64,000 bases of DNA from Phormidium sp. (GTDB lineage Bacteria; Cyanobacteriota; Cyanobacteriia; Cyanobacteriales; Aerosakkonemataceae), in the NCBI GenBank assembly GCA_051013385.1, contig CP143273.1, positions 64,001 through 128,000 on the forward strand, written 5' to 3'. This document shows, in pieces, positions 39,123-48,602 of the stretch. Numbering within the stretch: the stretch's first letter is position 1; every line of letters begins with the position of its first letter. The notes under the pieces were generated by a model. That model searched no databases and was not told the DNA's origin. It worked only from the letters and a program-made list of their open reading frames with translations. The translations under genes and the position numbers were made by a program.

Positions 39123-39359
39123 ATGAGTTCGCCAGAAATTTACAAAGGTTGGATTATTGAAGCTAGACCAGTTTTTTGCGTAGAAGTTTGGAACGCTGGT
39201 GGTAAATGCTTTATTCCCGTTCACAACGCCAAAAATGCCAAGGAAGCACTGAAAATGGCAAAGCGTTGGATTGATATGCAAATGGAAGATGAACAGCAAA
39301 ATTTAGAAATTAATGATGATATATCGCCAGATTTTGATGATGATGATATGCCGTTTTGA
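39123..39359 (+). CDS. Small hypothetical protein
   Basis: YKGWIIEA..AKEALKMAKRWID with an acidic DDDDMPF tail. Confidence 0.55.
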   Translation: MSSPEIYKGWIIEARPVFCVEVWNAGGKCFIPVHNAKNAKEALKMAKRWIDMQMEDEQQNLEINDDISPDFDDDDMPF

Positions 39360-39494
39360 GGGTAGTTGGTAATTGGTAGTTGGTGTTGATTTGCGATTGA
39401 ATAATCAGCGATTTTAGAGGTGCTGGTTATAAAGTTTGTTATTTTAGGAAATGTGCGATCGCACTAAAATTTCCTAACAAATCTCAAAGGGCAA

Positions 39495-39701
39495 CTATTG
39501 ACCCCGCCCTGGGAAGCAGTCTGCAAAACCCAATGCTTCGGAATCAAGAAAGCTGACTATTGCCATTTCCACAACAGTTTCGATCGGGTATTCAATTTCA
39601 GCGGCGCGTGCAACTAGAGCAAGACGGATTCGTTCGGGTAGGCGATCGAGGATAGCTTGAGCGTCAGCAGCAGATAGTTTTTCTAAGCTATTAGTTTGCA
39701 T
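39495..39701 (-). CDS. Small hypothetical protein
   Basis: GGAG-like RBS region; IEYPIETVVEMAIVSFLDSEALGFADC. Confidence 0.7.
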   Translation of the reverse strand: MQTNSLEKLSAADAQAILDRLPERIRLALVARAAEIEYPIETVVEMAIVSFLDSEALGFADCFPGRGQ

Positions 39702-39748
39702 GGATCTAATTCTCTGGAGGAATTTGGACGTTGACGCAAGTGGTGATT

Positions 39749-39850
39749 CTATCTTAAAAGATCAATAATCAAATCACAGGCGACTTGGCTAAGGGCAGGA
39801 TTATTGAGTACAAACCAGAGAAATGCCTGAGTATCAAGTAGAAATTTCAT
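39749..39850 (-). pseudogene. Truncated VapC (PIN) toxin, 33 aa
   Basis: MKFLLDTQAFLWFV matches a PIN N-terminus; ATGA overlap with the upstream antitoxin; stops after 33 codons. Confidence 0.75.
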
Positions 39851-40077
39851 GGCATATAGTCTCGAAAGTCTTGCAAGTGAGTTTCGTCTTCCGAGACAAT
39901 GGTAAGGGTTCCGATCGCACTACCAGGCTGGCGAGGCTTGCGGAGTGGTTTAAGTTCGCCAATCAGTCTGGCGACGGTAAGATGCCCCGAAAAAATTTCT
40001 ACTTCTTCACCAGGTTTTAGACTGGCAATCAGTTCGGGTAAACGAAGTTGAGCTTCTGTTAACGTAATTCTTGTCAT
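39847..40077 (-). CDS. Phd/YefM-like (DUF2281-type) antitoxin
   Basis: ITLTEAQLRLPELI..GEEVEI..VARL..RQPGSAIG..FRDYM. Confidence 0.8.
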   Translation of the reverse strand: MTRITLTEAQLRLPELIASLKPGEEVEIFSGHLTVARLIGELKPLRKPRQPGSAIGTLTIVSEDETHLQDFRDYMP

Positions 40078-40093
40078 TGTTTTGTGCTTTTAT

Positions 40094-40124
40094 GCGTTGG
40101 CGTAGCCTGCCGGAGGCATATCGC
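40094..40124 (+). mobile_element. 23-nt SDR-like insertion in a HIP1 site
   Basis: GCG-[TTGGCGTAGCCTGCCGGAGGCAT]-ATCGC. Confidence 0.7.
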
Positions 40125-40274
40125 TGTTGCTTAATTTTACAGGCAACGTCTGGCGAGACTTCAAGGTAAAGGTAAAGGTCAAGCAGCAGAAACTGTTAAT
40201 GGTAAGGGCAGAAAATAGCAGTAGAACTTAAAAGTTTTTTAGGTATTTCATTATCTCTTAAAATTGTAGAGTAA

Positions 40275-40541
40275 ATGACCCCAAGCACAATTCCTATGAG
40301 CGTCTTAATCCCTGATGACATTCTCCAAGCCACAAAAATGACGGAGGATGAATTAAAACTAGAGATCGCTATTATGCTGTACAAGCAAGAAAAAATTAGT
40401 AGTGGCAAAGCTCGTGCTTGGACTGGTCTGACTGTAATTGAATTCCAACACGAACTCGCCCAGCGCGATCTTTGCATTAACTACGATGTGGAGGATTTTC
40501 AGGCGGATGTTAAAACATTGCAGTCGATGGGGCTATTGTGA
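40275..40541 (+). CDS. UPF0175 family antitoxin
   Basis: LKLEIAIMLY..ISSGKA..EFQHELA..NYDVEDF. Start may be 40296. Confidence 0.88.
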   Translation: MTPSTIPMSVLIPDDILQATKMTEDELKLEIAIMLYKQEKISSGKARAWTGLTVIEFQHELAQRDLCINYDVEDFQADVKTLQSMGLL

Positions 40542-41032
40542 TTGTTGTTAGCGATACATCACCGATTACGAATCTGGCGGCGATCGGTCAGCTAGATTTG
40601 CTACAAAGACTGTATACCTGCATCATTATTCCCATAGCTGTTTACAACGAGATGGTAACTGTCGGTAAACCTGTTCCTGGTGCTATAGAGGTGCAAACTT
40701 TACCCTGGATTCAAACTCAGGTAGTTGCCGATCGACAACGAGCGATCGCAATTCGGGAAAGTCAAGAAAACATTGATTTAGGTGAAGCTGAAGCAATTGC
40801 CCTAGCACTGGAACTCAAAGCTGATTTACTTCTGATAGATGAACGTCGAGGGCGCATAGTAGCAACAAACTATGGTTTACAGGTCACTGGATTATTGGGG
40901 GTGCTTGTGCAAGCGAAGCGAAACAATTTAATTCAAAGGATTAAACCAGTGCTAGATCAATTGATTGAACAGGCTGATTTTCGTGTTAGTAGCCAGTTGT
41001 ATTCCACAATTCTACAAATTGCAGGTGAGTGA
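40538..41032 (+). CDS. DUF3368 PIN-domain protein
   Basis: IVVSDTSPI, DLGEAEAIALA, LLIDERRGR; GTGA overlap with the UPF0175 gene. Confidence 0.9.
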   Translation: MIVVSDTSPITNLAAIGQLDLLQRLYTCIIIPIAVYNEMVTVGKPVPGAIEVQTLPWIQTQVVADRQRAIAIRESQENIDLGEAEAIALALELKADLLLIDERRGRIVATNYGLQVTGLLGVLVQAKRNNLIQRIKPVLDQLIEQADFRVSSQLYSTILQIAGE

Positions 41033-41125
41033 CTTTGGAAAAACTATAGGCTGTATCGATCGCATTCTCCAATTCAATTAGCGCGATCGTACTAACAAAA
41101 ATTAGCTATACCTTAAAAGAATAAT

Positions 41126-41221
41126 CTAGATTTTTTTTATATCTAGCGCTTTTTGGTATTTTTCCATATTGCTTTGGTCAAGATACAAATTAGCAGCTTT
41201 CTGTAAATCTTCAATTGCACC
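41126..41221 (-). pseudogene. Orphan C-terminal fragment of a TPR protein
   Basis: GAIEDLQKAANLYLDQSNMEKYQKALDIKKI* has no start and resembles the C-cap of cyanobacterial TPR proteins. Confidence 0.55.
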
Positions 41222-41353
41222 TATTTTGTTACAATTGGCAGAAAGACCAATACTTCTTGTTATTTTAGGAAATGTACGATCGCTTACCAATTATGCAAAT
41301 ACCATGATTAAATGTAAATAAATTGTTCGCATCTGAAACTAGAATCAAATTAT

Positions 41354-43150
41354 CTATGACGATTCTATTGCATAATTGTAATATCCACAACGCTTTTGAA
41401 TACTGTCAATCGCATCAAGTAAAACAATATTTTCGGTACTTAAGAAAACTCTCCATAAATCTAGTAATAACTCTGGTTTACCAATCTTGCCTAATGTTTC
41501 AGCAGCAATCTGAAGCACTTTAGAGTCTTCATTCTGATTTTTTAAACAGGATAGTATGTTATCTGCTGCCCCTTCATTGCTAATTTTACCTAATGCTTTA
41601 ATTGCACTTTGGAGCACTTTAGAGTCTTTACTTTTCAAATCCTTCATAAGAGCATCCACAGCTACATCATGTACAAAATTATGTAATGTACAAGCAGCAT
41701 TATGACGCACTTTAAAGTCTTGACTTTGCAAAGCATTCTCGATAACGTAAACCGGAAGGTCAAGGTAATCTATATCTTCCTCATCAGTGAAGTTATCTAT
41801 GATATTACCTAACACAATAGCAACCGACTCATGTACTTTAGTAACAAGAGAATTCCTAAAAGTTTTAGCCATTGGCTCATCAAAAATATCTTCATCGTCA
41901 GAATACTTAAGACTGGACAAAACGGCATTGAGAGCATCCACAGCTTCCTCTAGATCGTATTCTGCTAAAGCCTCTGCAACACTCACACTTAAAAGGTAGT
42001 CACTACCGTAAAAATTGAAATTGGAGAGCGCATTTATCGCCGCTTGATTACCAATATTTCCTAATGCTTCAGCAGCAGTATGACGCAAACCACACAAATC
42101 ATAACCCTTATCGTTTCCATCTGAACCATACAAAATCTTGCTTAGAACATCCACAGCTTTCTCAGCCCCAATATTACCTAAAGCCTCAGCAGCACTCTCA
42201 CATAAATCAAGATTTTCATTGTCATTATTTAAAACTGCAATTAGTTCCTCAACAGCTGCTTCACACGCCATTTCCCCTAATGCCTGAGCCGCACCTTGAC
42301 GCAGAAAATTGTTCTGGCTTTTCAAAGCTGAAATAAGGGCATAAACAGTCGCTTCTGTGTGAATTTTACTTAACGCGAAAGCAACAGTCCGACGCACTTT
42401 TGAATCTTGATCGTTTAAAGCCAAAATAAGAGGATAGACTGCTAATTCATTGCGAATAATTCCTAATGCCTGAGCAGCATGACAACGCACCATAGAGGCT
42501 CGATCTTTTAAAGCCAAAATAAGAGCGTCTACTGCTGCTTGTGTTCCGATTTTGCTTAACCCAATAGGCGCAAAACAGCGTACCGCAGACTGTTCATCTT
42601 TCAAAGCCGAAATCAGGGCATCTGTTACAGCCTCATTACCGAGATTTCCTAACTGAAGAACAGCCATCAAACGTACATCAGCTTTTTCATCGTTTAAAGC
42701 CGAGATTAGAGTATCTCTAGCTTCCTCTGTACCTATCCCCCCTAGCGCCTCAACAACTCTCCAACGCACCTCCGAGTCTTCATCATTAAAAGCTGAAAGG
42801 AGAAGGGGTAACGCGCTACGAGAGCGAGTCATTCCCAAAAGCCGAAACCTTACTTTTTCAGAGGTTTTTAGTACAGTGATTAACCTTACTGTTTTCCCCT
42901 GCAACTTTGGTTTTACTGCTCCTGCCAATTTTGCCCCTAACTGCAAATCCACTTCAAGCGCCAATTTCACCACTCGCAACGCCTGCGCCTCATCCTCCAC
43001 CTGTGCTAAAATTTGTGCTATTGGTTCTGTCCATTTCAAATAATTCAAATAATTGCGTTTGAGTTCCTCATCGCTGAGATGAGGTAACTGTTGAAATAAT
43101 CTTTCTATTTCCGAATCCCATTGAGAATCGCTGCTGTCAGTAGAAGTCAT
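41354..43150 (-). CDS. HEAT (PBS lyase-like) repeat protein
   Basis: Repeats LI.ALND..S.VR..AA.ALG.I; N-terminal YLNYLKWTEP segment. Confidence 0.9.
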   Translation of the reverse strand: MTSTDSSDSQWDSEIERLFQQLPHLSDEELKRNYLNYLKWTEPIAQILAQVEDEAQALRVVKLALEVDLQLGAKLAGAVKPKLQGKTVRLITVLKTSEKVRFRLLGMTRSRSALPLLLSAFNDEDSEVRWRVVEALGGIGTEEARDTLISALNDEKADVRLMAVLQLGNLGNEAVTDALISALKDEQSAVRCFAPIGLSKIGTQAAVDALILALKDRASMVRCHAAQALGIIRNELAVYPLILALNDQDSKVRRTVAFALSKIHTEATVYALISALKSQNNFLRQGAAQALGEMACEAAVEELIAVLNNDNENLDLCESAAEALGNIGAEKAVDVLSKILYGSDGNDKGYDLCGLRHTAAEALGNIGNQAAINALSNFNFYGSDYLLSVSVAEALAEYDLEEAVDALNAVLSSLKYSDDEDIFDEPMAKTFRNSLVTKVHESVAIVLGNIIDNFTDEEDIDYLDLPVYVIENALQSQDFKVRHNAACTLHNFVHDVAVDALMKDLKSKDSKVLQSAIKALGKISNEGAADNILSCLKNQNEDSKVLQIAAETLGKIGKPELLLDLWRVFLSTENIVLLDAIDSIQKRCGYYNYAIESS

Positions 43151-43225
43151 GTAAGTTGTTTCTAGATTTTAGATTTTAGAATGGACGGATTAAAATGCCT
43201 GGTGAGATAACAACAAGTAGGAGAA

Positions 43226-43552
43226 TTAACTAGAAGAAGATTCACTTTCTTTGGGTTTTACTTCCAAACGAAAACCCATTTCATTTAATAAAGCTACCAA
43301 AGTATAAATTTCCGAATTTTCATTGCTTAATAGCATTTGGCTGAGGTTTTGATAGTGCAGTTTAGCTTCTTCAGATAAATTGTTCATCTTCTGATGTGCT
43401 GCAACTACATTTCCCATTGCCAAATTTAATAATTTTGGATCTCCTTCTTCCAATGTCACTTCAATATAAGCAGCCGCGTGTTCAAAATCTTTCAAAGATT
43501 CCACTAGGTAGTCGTAGTAGCTATCACTCGCTGGGGTCTTTACGTTTTTCAT
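43226..43552 (-). CDS. Addiction-module antidote (antitoxin)
   Basis: YLVESLKD..AAAYIE..LAMGNVV..MGFRLEV; overlaps the toxin stop. ATG 43552 preferred. Confidence 0.8.
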   Translation of the reverse strand: MKNVKTPASDSYYDYLVESLKDFEHAAAYIEVTLEEGDPKLLNLAMGNVVAAHQKMNNLSEEAKLHYQNLSQMLLSNENSEIYTLVALLNEMGFRLEVKPKESESSSS

Positions 43553-43868
43553 AATCTGCCCAATACTCTTTAGCTTTGTTAATATCTCGATTTTGAGTGC
43601 TTTTATCTCCACCACAGAGAATTAGGATAATCGACGATCCGAATTGTCCAAAGTACACTCGGTAGCCGGGGCCATAATCAATTCTAAACTCAAAGACACC
43701 TTCTCCAACAGAACGGTAGTCTCCCAGATTACCTTGGCTAGCTCGATCGATCCTAAGTTCAATCCTAACTCTTGCTTTAAGATCCCGCATGGAATCAAGC
43801 CATTCGGTAAAAGGAACTCTCCCATCTGGAGTAACGTAACGTTTAATCTCCCTTGGTTGTACTTCCAT
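43524..43868 (-). CDS. RelE/ParE-superfamily addiction-module killer protein
   Basis: PFTEWLDS, GNLGDYRSVGEGV, RIDYGPGYRVYF, LCGGDKSTQNRDI. Confidence 0.92.
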   Translation of the reverse strand: MEVQPREIKRYVTPDGRVPFTEWLDSMRDLKARVRIELRIDRASQGNLGDYRSVGEGVFEFRIDYGPGYRVYFGQFGSSIILILCGGDKSTQNRDINKAKEYWADYEKRKDPSE

Positions 43869-43997
43869 TGTTTATTCTAATTGGTTGGCACTTTGATTTT
43901 ATAGTGAATGTATACTAGCAACGGATTTTAATACCTTGCGGTTTATCAGGCTTAATGATAATTGTGCAAGAGATCTGTTGATACTCTCCTAAAACAA

Positions 43998-44675
43998 ATG
44001 ACTCTAATTCTGACTAACGACGATGGTATCGATGCCCCTGGCATTCAAGCATTACAAAAAGCAGTCAATGGCAAAGGAATAATTGTTGCCCCGAAAGACC
44101 ATTTATCAGGTTGTGGACATCAAGTTACCACCACTAGTCCCATAAATGTTTTGCGCCGTTCCGAAACCGAATTTGCCATTGGTGGCACTCCTGCTGACTG
44201 TACCAGAATTGCTTTAAGTCACCTTTTTCCTAATCCTAAATGGGTGCTTTCAGGAATTAACGCTGGGGGCAATTTAGGGGTTGATGTTTATATTTCGGGA
44301 ACTGTGGCCGCTGTTAGGGAAGCAGCTATTTTGGGAGTTCCCGGAATTGCGATTTCTCACTATCGCAAAGGGAAGCTAAATGTTGATTGGGATACGGCGG
44401 CGAGATGGACGGCGAAAGTATTAGCTGATTTGTTCGATCGCCCTTGGGAACCGGGAAGTTTTTGGAATGTCAATTTACCCCATTTATTACCGGGAGAACC
44501 CGATCCAGAAGTTGTATTTTGTAAACCTTGTAAAGGTCGTTTACCTGTTAATTATCGGATTGAAAATGATGATTTTTATTATCAGGGGAAATATGCCGAT
44601 CGCGATCGCACTCCCAACACCGATGTCGATGTCTGCTTCTCCGGTAAAATCGCCGTAACTCAACTAAGGTTGTAA
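43998..44675 (+). CDS. surE: 5'/3'-nucleotidase SurE
   Basis: LTNDDGIDAPG, GTPADC, SGINAGGN, YISGTVAA. Confidence 0.95.
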   Translation: MTLILTNDDGIDAPGIQALQKAVNGKGIIVAPKDHLSGCGHQVTTTSPINVLRRSETEFAIGGTPADCTRIALSHLFPNPKWVLSGINAGGNLGVDVYISGTVAAVREAAILGVPGIAISHYRKGKLNVDWDTAARWTAKVLADLFDRPWEPGSFWNVNLPHLLPGEPDPEVVFCKPCKGRLPVNYRIENDDFYYQGKYADRDRTPNTDVDVCFSGKIAVTQLRL

Positions 44676-44751
44676 AATAACTAAAGTTTGTTGAAAAATC
44701 TAAGTCAATCAGAAGTAAAATCAAATAGTTGACAGTTGGGAACGAGACAAA

Positions 44752-45684
44752 ATGCGAATCTTAATCATGGGCGGGACTCGGTTTATCGGGGTTTATTTAA
44801 CTAAAATTTTGGTTCAACAAGGTCAGGAAGTTATATTATTTAATCGGGGCAACAAACCTGCACCAGTTGAAGGTATAGCAGAAATTCATGGCGATCGCAC
44901 TGATGCTGACATCATTAAAGAAAAGTTAGCTGATGAAAAGTTTGATGCTATCTTTGACAACAACGGGCGCGAACTTAGCGATACTCAAGTTTTAGCTGAT
45001 ATGTTTCACGGCAAAGTTAAACATTTTGTTTATATGAGTTCGGCGGGAGTTTATCTCAAAACCGATCAATTACCTCACATTGAAGGGGATGCGATCGATC
45101 CCAAGAGTCGCCATAAAGGAAAGTTTGAAACCGAAGCTTATCTGCAAGAAAAAGGATTACCTTTTACCTCAATTCGTCCGACTTATATTTATGGCCCCCA
45201 GAATTATAATGATGTGGAAGCATGGTTTTTCGATCGCATAGTGCGCGATCGTCCCATCCCTATTCCCGGTAACGGATTACATATTACCCAACTCGGACAT
45301 TGCAAAGATTTAGCTAACGCAATGGCAGCAGTTTTAGGCAATGAAAAAGCGATCGGGCAAGTGTATAATATCTCCGGTGAACGTTACGTTACCTTTGATG
45401 GATTAGCCCGTGCTTGTGCAATTGCTGCCGGAAAATCACCTGATGATTTAAAAATTGTTCATTACGACCCGAAAAATTTTGACTTTGGCAAACGGAAAGG
45501 TTTCCCATTACGAGTGCAGCACTTTTTCGCTTCAATTAATAAAGCAATGACTGAACTTAATTGGAAACCAGAATATGATTTAATTTCCGGGTTAAAAGAT
45601 TCATTTGAAAATGACTTTCTCGCCTCTGGAAGGGATAAATCTGAGATTGATTTTTCAGTAGATGATGAAATACTGCAAGCCTAA
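44752..45684 (+). CDS. NAD-dependent epimerase family, CSP41b-like RNA-binding protein
   Basis: GGTRFIG, SSAGVY, RPTYIYGP, EAWFFDRI, FDFGKRKGFPLRVQHF. Confidence 0.88.
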   Translation: MRILIMGGTRFIGVYLTKILVQQGQEVILFNRGNKPAPVEGIAEIHGDRTDADIIKEKLADEKFDAIFDNNGRELSDTQVLADMFHGKVKHFVYMSSAGVYLKTDQLPHIEGDAIDPKSRHKGKFETEAYLQEKGLPFTSIRPTYIYGPQNYNDVEAWFFDRIVRDRPIPIPGNGLHITQLGHCKDLANAMAAVLGNEKAIGQVYNISGERYVTFDGLARACAIAAGKSPDDLKIVHYDPKNFDFGKRKGFPLRVQHFFASINKAMTELNWKPEYDLISGLKDSFENDFLASGRDKSEIDFSVDDEILQA

Positions 45685-45723
45685 AAATGTAGAAATGTCG
45701 TAAAAAGTTGGCGACAAATGCTT

Positions 45724-45872
45724 GATCCCCCCTTACCCCCCTTACCAAGGGGGGGAACTAGATCCCCCTTACCCCCCTTACCAAGGGGGGAACTAGAGGA
45801 AGCTACGCTATTCACATCACGGGAGAACAAGAAACTGGTTTAAGTCCCCCTTTTTAAGGGGGATTTAGGGGA
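45724..45872. repeat. C-run/G-run palindromic repeats, tandem duplicate plus inverted partner
   Basis: GATCCCCCTTACCCCCCTTACCAAGGGGGGAACTA twice, then GTCCCCCTTTTTAAGGGGGATTTAGGGGGA. A related copy lies near 47882-47912. Confidence 0.8.
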
Positions 45873-46029
45873 TAGCGACTGCTGCTTAATTTCTACCTAA
45901 AACTCCTCAAACTTACTCATTCACCTACCTAGAATGCACTAAGAGGTAAGTTTGAGGTGGATTCATAATTAATAATTAAGGAGGTAGTAAAATGAACAAC
46001 TGACTCATGAGGTTTATAAATACATTGAC

Positions 46030-47357
46030 CAACTAATAAAACTATTATTTAAACTATTTAAACTATCAACTTAAATATGTTAGGATATTCCCGGGATAAA
46101 TTGGGTAAAGTTTATTACTTAAATGTGGAAAAGTTTTCAGACAAAACTAAACCTAAATAACCAGCAAAAGACATTAGCTTCTAAGCACGCTGGCGTTTCT
46201 CGTCACGCTTGGAACTGGGGTTTGGATATTTGTCTGAAAGCAAAAGAGGCGAAAGAGAAGCGACCAACTGCTATTGACTTACACAAAGGATTAGTAGCAG
46301 AAGTTAAATCAGTCAATCCTTGGTATTATGAAGTATCAAAATGCTCTCCCCAGCAAGCATTAAGATATCTAGATGAAGCGTTTAAACGCTGTTTAAAAGT
46401 GTCGGGAGTTCGCACACCTAAATTCAAGAAGAAAAATATTAAAGATAGTTTTTATTTAGAAGGAAGTATTAAAGTTTCTGGTTCCCAAATAAAACTCCCG
46501 CGAATTGGCTGGGTTAAATGTCATGAAATACTGCCAACAGTTCAACCGAAAAATGTCACAATCTCAAAAAGAGCGAATGATTGGTATGTCAGTTTTAGAT
46601 ACAAGTTAGAACCAGAACCGACTCCGAAAATTAGAAAGCGAATCGGAGTAGACATTGGGATTAATAATCTCGCAACTTGTTCGGATGGAACGGTTTTTCC
46701 TAACCAGAAAGCTTACAGAAAAACTCAAAAGAAATTAGCTCATCTCCTACGCTCTGTTTGTCGGAAGCAAACAGGTTCTCTAAATCGCGCTAAAGCTAAC
46801 TTAAAAGTAGCCAGACTGCATAGAAAAATCTCCAATATCAGACAAGACGCACTGCATAAAATAACGACTTGGTTAGCTAAGAACCACAGGGAAATAGTTA
46901 TCGAAGATTTAAATATCTCCGGTATGCTCAAAAACCATCGTTTAGCAAGTGCTCTTGCTGATTGCGGATTTTATGAATTCACTAGACAGTTAGAGTACAA
47001 AGCTGATTGGTACGGTGCAACAATAATTAAAGTTGACAGGTTTTATCCCAGTTCTCAACTTTGCAGTTGTTGTCATCATCGTCAAAAAATGCCTCTCTCA
47101 AAAAGAACTTTTAAGTGTGGCAATTGTGGAAGGGAAATCGATCGGGATTTAAACGCCAGCATTAATTTAGAAAATTGGCATCCTGAAATAGATTATCTAA
47201 AAACCGTCAGTTCGACGGGGTTAGCCTGTGGAGAGTCACACCAACTTAATGGCACTGCTGTTAAGGATTCGACGAAGCAGGAAGTAAACGTTGAATTTAC
47301 TCAGGGGAAACTTTCATTGTTTGGCCTTGGTAGATTTGAGTAAGTTTTGCAGAACGG
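46030..47357 (+). mobile_element. tnpB-only element, probably IS607-derived and non-autonomous
   Basis: AAACTAT direct repeats upstream; omega-RNA-like 3' region; right end ..GAGTAAGTTTTGCAGAACGG; no tnpA. Left end uncertain. Confidence 0.65.
46123..47343 (+). CDS. tnpB: RNA-guided endonuclease TnpB, apparently intact
   Basis: GVDIG (RuvC-I), IVIEDL (RuvC-II), CSCC/CGNC zinc finger, DRDLNASIN (RuvC-III). Confidence 0.93.
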   Translation: MWKSFQTKLNLNNQQKTLASKHAGVSRHAWNWGLDICLKAKEAKEKRPTAIDLHKGLVAEVKSVNPWYYEVSKCSPQQALRYLDEAFKRCLKVSGVRTPKFKKKNIKDSFYLEGSIKVSGSQIKLPRIGWVKCHEILPTVQPKNVTISKRANDWYVSFRYKLEPEPTPKIRKRIGVDIGINNLATCSDGTVFPNQKAYRKTQKKLAHLLRSVCRKQTGSLNRAKANLKVARLHRKISNIRQDALHKITTWLAKNHREIVIEDLNISGMLKNHRLASALADCGFYEFTRQLEYKADWYGATIIKVDRFYPSSQLCSCCHHRQKMPLSKRTFKCGNCGREIDRDLNASINLENWHPEIDYLKTVSSTGLACGESHQLNGTAVKDSTKQEVNVEFTQGKLSLFGLGRFE

Positions 47358-47431
47358 ATCTCCAATTTAAGGAACAAAAGAGGATGAATGATATTCTTTA
47401 GTTAAAGAGTTTTGTAATTAACAAGAAAATC

Positions 47432-47851
47432 ATGGGATTGAATATCAAATTTGGCGCTGTAGCAGCATCTATGTTGTTGGGAATAACTGCGATCGCACCT
47501 GCTACAATTATCCTCACAACTCCCCAAACTGTAGAAGCAGCAGTGGCTACAGGACGCGGAACATTAGCAATAGGTAGTCGTCCGGCACAGACTGTCAATC
47601 GCGTCACAGTGGATACAATAGCTGATAATACTGCAAAGATACAACTGAGGGCTAGTAACGGAAATCAAATTAACTTTGGTGGAAAATGGGAAAATGGCCC
47701 CCAAAGTCAGCTATTAGTCACCTTAACTAACTCTGGTAATGCAGATGCTTCAGGAATCATAGTAGTCACTTATCGCAATGGTCAACTTCAGTCAATTTTT
47801 GGTGGTGGAAAACTAGACGGTCAACCGTTCACCATCGACTTTAGACGTTAA
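47432..47851 (+). CDS. Secreted hypothetical protein
   Basis: Signal peptide followed by a beta-rich domain. Confidence 0.7.
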   Translation: MGLNIKFGAVAASMLLGITAIAPATIILTTPQTVEAAVATGRGTLAIGSRPAQTVNRVTVDTIADNTAKIQLRASNGNQINFGGKWENGPQSQLLVTLTNSGNADASGIIVVTYRNGQLQSIFGGGKLDGQPFTIDFRR

Positions 47852-47923
47852 TTATAAATGTGACTTTTTTTAACCTTTAAATCTCCCCTAAATTACCTTA
47901 AAAGGGGGGACTTAAAGTGAGAT

Positions 47924-48589
47924 TTAAGGATTATTTCTCTCAAAACTCCTTGACTGCCAAGCGCGAACTGTAGGAGAATTTTTAGAAAAATTTGCTAGAT
48001 TAGCCGCAAATTGTTGCCGTGCTTTTTGGTCGATACCAAAACCGAAATCAAGGATTGATAAAGTTCGTAAACGCACATCTTCGGGCTGTTTATCTAAGAC
48101 AGAAATCAAAAATTTAGGATTAATTTTTGCCCATTCAGATAATTGATAACCGATTGCTTCTGTGACATATCCATCAGCTTGGCGACTGTAACGAACTAAA
48201 GTATCAGCAGCGATGCGATCGCCCCCCATTGCCCTTTTTGCCAGTCCAGCGATATTGGCGGTAACTTCGTAGGCATTATTGGTCGAAGATCCGCAAGATA
48301 TTGCCGTTCTTCGACCATCAACCCAACCGGAAATCGGTGCATTAATTTGTAGCCAAATATCGGCATTATTCACGACTCGGATTACTGTATTGTTGTTGAG
48401 TTTTCCCACAACATTATTCGGTTTAACTTCAGGACTGGAACGCACATTTAAAGGTGCTTGTGGATCTTGAACAATAGTCCGACAACCGCTATTACTTGAT
48501 TGTTGTGCTAAAACAATAGAACTAAAAAACAAATTAGCAAACAACAGTAAAAAAGAGAGAGTTTTAATTCCGATTTTCCAGGCGTACAT
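47924..48589 (-). CDS. Secreted SH3b-domain protein
   Basis: Signal peptide; DPQAPLNVRSSP..WLQINAPISGWV. Confidence 0.8.
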   Translation of the reverse strand: MYAWKIGIKTLSFLLLFANLFFSSIVLAQQSSNSGCRTIVQDPQAPLNVRSSPEVKPNNVVGKLNNNTVIRVVNNADIWLQINAPISGWVDGRRTAISCGSSTNNAYEVTANIAGLAKRAMGGDRIAADTLVRYSRQADGYVTEAIGYQLSEWAKINPKFLISVLDKQPEDVRLRTLSILDFGFGIDQKARQQFAANLANFSKNSPTVRAWQSRSFERNNP

Positions 48590-48602
48590 AGCAACATTAC
48601 CA

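Noticed and set aside
46123..47343. TnpB as a nuclease-dead TldR-type regulator or a Cas12
   Set aside because: The D-E-D triad is intact and no CRISPR array is adjacent.
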